Positions 9,824-14,950 of a stretch of DNA of 49,197 nucleotides are shown piece after piece; the stretch's first letter is position 1, and each line of letters starts with the position of its first letter. The notes under the pieces are model-generated. The model worked only from the letters and a program-made list of their open reading frames with translations. It was not told where the DNA came from and did not search any database. Both the position numbers and the translations under genes were made by a program. The stretch covers positions 1-49,197 of the forward strand of contig JAZFSG010000095.1 in the NCBI GenBank assembly GCA_036446035.1. The letters run 5' to 3'. Source of the stretch: Acidimicrobiia bacterium (lineage in GTDB: Bacteria; Actinomycetota; Acidimicrobiia; Spongiisociales; JAOTWH01).

Positions 9824-10415
9824 CGAGGAGCTGCTGCTTCTTCTCCTCGAACTCGGCGTCGGTGATGGAGCCGAGACGGTGAAGCGAGGCCAGGCGTTCC
9901 AGCGTCGCGGTCGGGTCCTCCGCTATCTCCTTACCGATGGCCGCGACGCGGTCCTCGCGGACTTGATACAGGAGCGACTGGAACTTTTCCGGCGATCCGA
10001 TATCGGTGAAGTGGCTCTGCCCCATCTCCCCCGCGGACTCGATTACGAGGTCGCCGGACCGCAATACTCGCTCGAGGATGGTCTGGCTGAACCGAACGTC
10101 ATTGATGTTCTCCAGCGGCAGGTCAACCCCTCGCCTGGCGATGATCCCCCGCCTCGTGATCAGGCGCTCGTCGGTCAGCACATACCAAGTGAAGAACCAG
10201 GTGACGAAGCGCCACAATCCCCAATAGAGCCAGGCGGCGAACGCGACGCCAGCGATAACGAGGGGCGCCGTGCCGTCCCAAAGCATGAAGGCGCCGATGC
10301 CGACCGCCAAGAAGAGCAACGACCACAGCGCCGGCACCGCCAGCATTCTCCAGTGAGGCCGAAACTCCGTGAGGATCTCTTCGCCCTCGGTGAGCAGTTC
10401 TTTGGGGAAAGCCAT
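9813..10415 (-). CDS. Membrane protein with bacterial PH domain and C-terminal SHOCT
   Basis: RPHW, two TMs, YVLTDERLITRRGII, GDLVIESAG, and C-terminal LERLASLH..G.ITDAEFEEKKQQLL. Confidence 0.85.
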   Translation of the reverse strand: MAFPKELLTEGEEILTEFRPHWRMLAVPALWSLLFLAVGIGAFMLWDGTAPLVIAGVAFAAWLYWGLWRFVTWFFTWYVLTDERLITRRGIIARRGVDLPLENINDVRFSQTILERVLRSGDLVIESAGEMGQSHFTDIGSPEKFQSLLYQVREDRVAAIGKEIAEDPTATLERLASLHRLGSITDAEFEEKKQQLLDEI

Positions 10416-10448
10416 GGGAAAAAGCCTAACGGCGGGCTGTCGGCTTTG

Positions 10449-10540
10449 GGCCGAGCGCCGCCAGGTCGGAGGGGGCTTGCTGTTTCCTCCCCACCAGAGG
10501 TGGCCGAGCGCCGCCAGGTCGGAGGGGGCTTGCTGTTTCC
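10449..10540. repeat. Perfect 39-nt direct repeat (REP-like), two copies, period 53
   Basis: GGCCGAGCGCCGCCAGGTCGGAGGGGGCTTGCTGTTTCC at 10449-10487 and 10502-10540. Confidence 0.9.
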
Positions 10541-10598
10541 AGCTCTTGCCACCACTCGAGAGGCGCCCGACGCGGCCGTGAGGAAGCTCAAAGCTCCC

Positions 10599-10655
10599 AA
10601 AACGAAAAACCCCGAGGGAGCCTTAGCCGAAGCTTTGGCCCTCTCGGGGCTTTCT
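10599..10655 (-). terminator. Intrinsic terminator closing predicted RNA-A (P7 hairpin of unit 1)
   Basis: Minus strand GAAAGCCCCGAG...CTTCGG...CTCGGGG followed by TTTTTCGTTTT. Confidence 0.7.
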
Positions 10656-11145
10656 CACGAGGCGACCTTGCGACCGCTCCGAGGTCCCTCCGAACCGAAG
10701 TTCTTCGGGCGTGGCCTCTGCAGTTCGATCCAGTGAGTCCGAAGACCCTCTGGGCCGTCCCCCGTGAAGGGGTACCCGTAGAGGCCGCTCTTCCGGCCCT
10801 TTCGAGCCTTCAGAGTGTTGGAACCCCGAGGGAGCCTCAGCCGAAGCCTTAGCCCTCTCGGGACTCCAGTCGAAGCGACCTTGCGACCGCTCCGATTCCT
10901 TCCGGGCCGAAGCCCTTCCGGAGCGGCTCCGTTCGGTTCGATCCAGTGAGTCCGAAGACCCTCTGGGTCGTCCCCCGTGAAGGGGAAACCCGGCGAAGCC
11001 GTCCAAGGACCCTTGCGAATCCCTAGAAGAGATTCCGTTTCGTTGAGGCGGTTAAACCTCCCCGTCTCCCTTGCGAGAGTGGCGGAACCTCACCCGTTGG
11101 ACCCGAAGGTCCTCTGGGTCTCCGCTCAGTTGCCTGAGCTGAGGA
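10599..11145 (-). ncRNA. Putative novel structured ncRNA 'RNA-A' (~545 nt): 5' domain plus two tandem ~210-nt modules (11027-10820 and 10815-10599)
   Basis: Seven cUUCGg and six GNRA-capped hairpins on the minus strand, G-U pairs valid only on that strand, covariation between copies, own promoter and terminator, no credible ORF. Confidence 0.75.
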
Positions 11146-11149
11146 GAGA

Positions 11150-11178
11150 AACTTAAGAGCCGAATGCCCGATGGTCAA
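11150..11178 (-). promoter_or_regulatory. Sigma-70/SigA-type promoter for RNA-A
   Basis: Minus strand TTGACC-N17-TAAGTT (-35 at 11178-11173, -10 at 11155-11150), directly upstream of the first hairpin. Confidence 0.7.
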
Positions 11179-11511
11179 GCTGGAGAGGTAGGAAGTTTTC
11201 GCGTCTCAGTTCCACTTTTCGCGCAGTGCCAAGTGCAGCTTTCGCGCACTTCCGAGGCCTCGGAGGTGCGCAGTCTCAGGCATGGCGGAAGGGCACGAAG
11301 AAGCGGAGCTTCGCTGCGCCGCACGACATCGCGAACGCAGGCATCGCGATACCGGCGTGCGGTTGCGGAGGCAGGAGGGAAGATCACGATCGAGCCCTTT
11401 CATCATCGCCGCGATGAGGAGGCCCGAGTCCGTTGACGGAGGTGGAAGGTCGAGGCCGATCCGATTGACGGAGGTGGAGAGGGTCGATACCGCGATCTTC
11501 TCCAGAATTAC

Positions 11512-11726
11512 GGAAACCCCGAGGGAGTCTCGGCCGAAGCCTTGACCCTCTCGGGGTTCCTCTTGAGGCCACCTTGCGGTTGCTCCAAGTTCCCTCCGAA
11601 CCGAAGTTCTTCGGGCGTGGTCTCGTCGGTTCGATCCAGTGAGTCCGAAGACCCTCTGGGCCGTCCCCCGTGAAGGGGTACCCGGCGAGACCGCCTCCCT
11701 GAATCCTTGCGGACCCTGAGAGGAAG
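11512..11726 (-). ncRNA. Putative novel structured ncRNA 'RNA-B' (~215 nt), single copy of the same module
   Basis: Same P1-P7 architecture; 56-nt core (11629-11684) identical to 10723-10778; three cUUCGg and two GCAA loops. Confidence 0.75.
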
Positions 11727-11730
11727 CTGA

Positions 11731-11759
11731 AACCTATCCCATCTCGCGGCAACCTTCAA
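11731..11759 (-). promoter_or_regulatory. Sigma-70/SigA-type promoter for RNA-B
   Basis: Minus strand TTGAAG-N17-TAGGTT (-35 at 11759-11754, -10 at 11736-11731), directly upstream of P1. Confidence 0.68.
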
Positions 11760-11798
11760 GTGGGAGAGAGTGATTGTTTTCGCGTTCTCGGAGCCCTC

Positions 11799-11833
11799 CG
11801 AATTACACGCGTGTCACTCGCTTGTCGTAGAAT
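11799..11833 (+). promoter_or_regulatory. RecA-NDp/PafBC-like leaderless promoter with near-palindromic 21-mer
   Basis: CGAATTACACGCG-TGTCAC-N10-TAGAAT, then 7 nt to GTG 11841. Confidence 0.6.
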
Positions 11834-11840
11834 CACGGTC

Positions 11841-12704
11841 GTGGATACCACTCTTGAAGAAGGGGTCAGACCCAACGAGATCACGCGGCTCTCCCCCAGC
11901 CGCGCCTCTGACTTCAAGCTCTGCCCGCAGCTGTTCAAGTTCAGGGCCATCGACCGGCTGCCTGAGCCCTCGACTGTGTACCAGGCTCGGGGCACTACAG
12001 CTCACCTCGCGCTGCAGCGTCTCTTCGATCTTCCATCCCCGGAGCGAACTCCCGAAGCACTCTTCAATCTCTTCCGCAAGGCTTGGGTGGAGCTGAAGGA
12101 TGAGGAGTACCCCGGCCTCTTCGAGTCCGTCGAGGAGGAGCGTGCCTGGGGGTTGGAGAGCCTCGAGCTGCTCGCCAACTACTTCCTGGTCGAGGATCCG
12201 CGTAGCTTCGATCCAGTCGATCGCGAGCTCGACATGACAGAAGATCTCGACTCGGTGGCCATGCGCGGCATCTTGGATCGCATCGAGGAGAACGAGAACG
12301 GCGATCTCATCATCGTCGACTACAAGACGGGCAAGGCGCCCCCCGAGCGCTACTCGCTTTCGGCCTTCTTCGCCCTCAAGATCTACGCCCTGCTCATTCG
12401 CAAACGAACGGGCCGCACCCCGGTCGAGCTTCGCCTGCTCTACCTGAACGGTCCCGACCTCTATCGACTCGAGGTCAACGAAGGGCAGCTGGTGGCGATG
12501 GAGAAGCAGGTCAAGGCTCTATGGACTGCCATCCAGCGAGCGATCGCTCAGGATCAGTTCCCGACGCGCGTCAGCCGGTTGTGCGATTGGTGCTCCTTCA
12601 AAGAGATCTGCCCTGCCTGGGAGAAGACCGACGAGGCTGCCCTGGTCGAGTCCGCCGTCAACGCCGGCATCAACGCTGGCATCAGCACCGGCGCCGCCTC
12701 CTAG
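11841..12704 (+). CDS. PD-(D/E)XK RecB/AddB/Cas4-like nuclease with 4-Cys (Fe-S staple) motif
   Basis: LSPSR..DF..CP, GT.AH, RGILDRIE, IVDYKTGK, LKIYA, LCDWCSFKEICPAW. Start GTG 11841 chosen from the leaderless -10. Confidence 0.9.
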   Translation: MDTTLEEGVRPNEITRLSPSRASDFKLCPQLFKFRAIDRLPEPSTVYQARGTTAHLALQRLFDLPSPERTPEALFNLFRKAWVELKDEEYPGLFESVEEERAWGLESLELLANYFLVEDPRSFDPVDRELDMTEDLDSVAMRGILDRIEENENGDLIIVDYKTGKAPPERYSLSAFFALKIYALLIRKRTGRTPVELRLLYLNGPDLYRLEVNEGQLVAMEKQVKALWTAIQRAIAQDQFPTRVSRLCDWCSFKEICPAWEKTDEAALVESAVNAGINAGISTGAAS

Positions 12705-13531
12705 CCAACCGCCACCAGCGCCACCGCCACCAGCGCCATGCCAAGGCCAATCAGCCGCGACCGGCTGAAGTGCTCCTTCCAGATCAACCGCGCCAACACC
12801 ACCGTCGTCACAGGGAACATCGCGGCGACGACCGACACCACCGTCAGCGATCCCTCCTGTGTGGCGAGGATGAAAGAGCCGTTCCCGAGAATGGTTGCGG
12901 CCCCAGCGGCTGCCATCGGCAAGACCGAGCTCCGCAGCGGCACGATCTTCTGTGAAGACGACAGCGCCACCGCGGCTACCACGAGGAAGCCGGCGGCGCG
13001 GGCGGGAGCCAGCGGCCAGATGCCGGAGGTGTCCCCAACCTCGCTCAGAGCGATCAACAGACCACCGAACCCGAGGCCGGCGAGCATTCCCATGGTCACA
13101 CCGCGGCCGATCGAGGCGCCCTTGCCCGGATCGGTGCGACTAACCAGCCAGATGGCAACAACGCCGAGGCCGACACCCAACCACACGATCGCGCTGGGCC
13201 GCTCGCCTGTGACCACGTCAAAGAGCACCGGCCACCCTGCGGCCCCGATCGCGGCGATCGGAGACACGATGCCGACGTCGCTCCGGGAGAGTCCGAGGTA
13301 GAGGGCGAGGATGCCCAGTCCCCCACTGGCGCCCGCAAGGGCTCCCCACCACAGGTCGGCGCCAGTTGGGTCGCCACCGACGATGGGTGCGACAACGAAG
13401 GTCGTCGCTACGCCCACTACGTGTGAGCCGGCGACAACGGCCATCACCCGGCCCTTCCTGGCAGCCACCCCACCGAGGAAGTCGCCGGTTCCCGAGAACA
13501 TCGCGGCGAGGCTGGCCAAAAGGACTGCCAT
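12701..13531 (-). CDS. EamA/DMT family transporter
   Basis: About 10 TM helices; G.GDFLGG and LY.GLS...VGIVSPI in a two-repeat layout. Confidence 0.85.
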   Translation of the reverse strand: MAVLLASLAAMFSGTGDFLGGVAARKGRVMAVVAGSHVVGVATTFVVAPIVGGDPTGADLWWGALAGASGGLGILALYLGLSRSDVGIVSPIAAIGAAGWPVLFDVVTGERPSAIVWLGVGLGVVAIWLVSRTDPGKGASIGRGVTMGMLAGLGFGGLLIALSEVGDTSGIWPLAPARAAGFLVVAAVALSSSQKIVPLRSSVLPMAAAGAATILGNGSFILATQEGSLTVVSVVAAMFPVTTVVLARLIWKEHFSRSRLIGLGMALVAVALVAVG

Positions 13532-13574
13532 TACCGCCCGCAGTCGCTGGTGGGTGCTTGTTCGGCCGCGGTCC

Positions 13575-14855
13575 CTATGGGTAGATGCCCCTGGCCAGCT
13601 TGGCCGCCGTGACTCGCCTGATGCCCTTGATCAGAGCTGCGGTGCGCATGTCGACCTTTTCGCTGACGCTGACGTCGAGTACTTCGCTGAACGCCCGGCT
13701 CATGATCTCGCGGAGGCGACCGACGATCTCACTCTCGGACCAGAAGTAGTTCTGCACGTCCTGCACCCATTCGAAATAGGAGACGGTGACGCCACCGGCG
13801 TTAGCCAGGATGTCGGGCACGACGAACACGTTGTTGGCGACGAGTATCTCGTCGGCCTCACCCGTCGTCGGCCCATTGGCCCCTTCCAGGATGATCCTGG
13901 CTTGGACGTCGCCTGCGTTCTCCTTGGTGAGGACGCCGCCAACCGCCGCGGGGATGAGCACGTCGCAGTCGGCGCCGAACAGCTCCTCGTTGGTTATGAC
14001 ATCGGCGTCTGGGAAGCCTTCGAGGAACTGGTTGTCGTCGACCCACTTGATGACCGCTTCGATGTCGAGCCCGTTCGAGTTGTAGATACCGCTCTTGACA
14101 TCTGAGACCGCGACGACCTTGGCGCCCATCTGTGAAGCGGCCAGCGCCGCAAAGCTGCCAACATTGCCGAAGCCGTTGACGGCAACCTTGGCGCCTTCGA
14201 CCTCGATCCCGACATGGCTGGCAGAACTGGGCAAGAGGCTTACTAGGCCGCGACCCGTCGCCTCGCGGCGGGCAACCGATCCGCCCAGTGCCGGTGGCTT
14301 ACCCGTCACCACCGCTGGCTCGGAGTGGCCGATGTGCGTCGAGTACGTGTCCATGATCCACGCCATGACCTGCTCGTCTGTGCCCATATCGGGCGCCGGG
14401 ATGTCCTTCTCGGGCCCAATGAAGTTGATGATCTCCATCGTGTAGCGGCGCGTCAGGCGCTGTTTCTCGGCGCGCGACAAACTCAAAGGATCGACTCGAA
14501 CTCCCCCTTTGGCACCCCCAAAGGGCAGGCCGACAAGGGCACACTTCCAGGTCATCAGCATCGCCAGGGCGGCGACCTCCCCGAGGTTCACATTGGCCGC
14601 GTAGCGAATGCCGCCCTTGGTGGGACCCATCGTCGTCACGTGCTGAACCCTGTAGCCGAAGGCGGTGTCCACCTCGTGGTAGGTGTCACGGCGGAACGGG
14701 AACGTTACAACCAGCGCCCGTTGTGGGGTTCGCAGACGGGCATGCAGATTCGGATCGAGATCGATGAGCTCTGCAACCCGATCGAACTGGCCTACGGACT
14801 CCCGGAAGAGATGCGATTCCATCTCCATCAGGCTGCCGTCGGAGGCGAGCGTCAT
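13575..14855 (-). CDS. gdhA: Glu/Leu/Phe/Val dehydrogenase (glutamate dehydrogenase)
   Basis: GPTKGGIRY, MTWKCA, PFGGAKGG, DIPAPDMGT, VVTGKP, ATGRG, GFGNVG, EGANGP, PDILANAGGV.VSYFEWVQ; GAAGGGAG RBS before ATG 14855. Confidence 0.93.
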   Translation of the reverse strand: MTLASDGSLMEMESHLFRESVGQFDRVAELIDLDPNLHARLRTPQRALVVTFPFRRDTYHEVDTAFGYRVQHVTTMGPTKGGIRYAANVNLGEVAALAMLMTWKCALVGLPFGGAKGGVRVDPLSLSRAEKQRLTRRYTMEIINFIGPEKDIPAPDMGTDEQVMAWIMDTYSTHIGHSEPAVVTGKPPALGGSVARREATGRGLVSLLPSSASHVGIEVEGAKVAVNGFGNVGSFAALAASQMGAKVVAVSDVKSGIYNSNGLDIEAVIKWVDDNQFLEGFPDADVITNEELFGADCDVLIPAAVGGVLTKENAGDVQARIILEGANGPTTGEADEILVANNVFVVPDILANAGGVTVSYFEWVQDVQNYFWSESEIVGRLREIMSRAFSEVLDVSVSEKVDMRTAALIKGIRRVTAAKLARGIYP

Positions 14856-14921
14856 GAATCTCCCTTCGGTCAATGCAAGATATCCAACGGAACAACAACC
14901 CGAAACGACCCACGGTCTTCG

Positions 14922-14943
14922 TGTCACATCCGCGCTGTAAGTT
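14922..14943 (+). promoter_or_regulatory. RecA-NDp/PafBC-like leaderless promoter of adnAB
   Basis: TGTCAC-N10(ATCCGCGCTG)-TAAGTT, then 7 nt to ATG 14951. Confidence 0.6.
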
Positions 14944-14950
14944 CGGCGGC

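Noticed and set aside
9768-10736. 322-aa plus-strand ORF
   Set aside because: Antisense to the PH/SHOCT gene and runs through repeats; no recognisable domain.
10895-10925. SRP RNA helix-8 resemblance (CCGGAAGGAA on the minus strand)
   Set aside because: Lacks the flanking CAGG and AGCAG internal-loop strands and is not conserved in the other two units.
10599-11147. Riboswitch (e.g. c-di-AMP ydaO), RNase P, tmRNA or rRNA fragment
   Set aside because: No recognisable consensus by eye (no GAGGAAAGUCC, no tRNA-like ends), and the transcript ends in a terminator about 180 nt before the next gene. An Rfam search is still needed to exclude these formally.
11164-11545. Short ORFs in the spacer between the ncRNA units
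   Set aside because: Arg-rich, low-information translations with no clear RBS or motif.
10599-11726. CRISPR array interpretation of the repeats next to a Cas4-like nuclease
   Set aside because: Units are about 210 nt and internally structured, with no unique spacers of regular length. No cas1, cas2 or effector genes are present.
10623-11759. Minus-strand ORFs 10623-11006, 11384-11752 and 11508-11759, two sharing LHGGRPRGSSDSLDRT
   Set aside because: The peptide similarity is a by-product of the nucleotide repeat. Indels between copies shift frames, the TTG 'start' at 11759 is the -35 box, and substitutions preserve base pairs rather than codons.
12655-12740. Short imperfect tandem repeats at the convergent nuclease/EamA ends
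   Set aside because: Explained by low-complexity C-terminal coding (NAGI NAGI; ALVAVALVAV).
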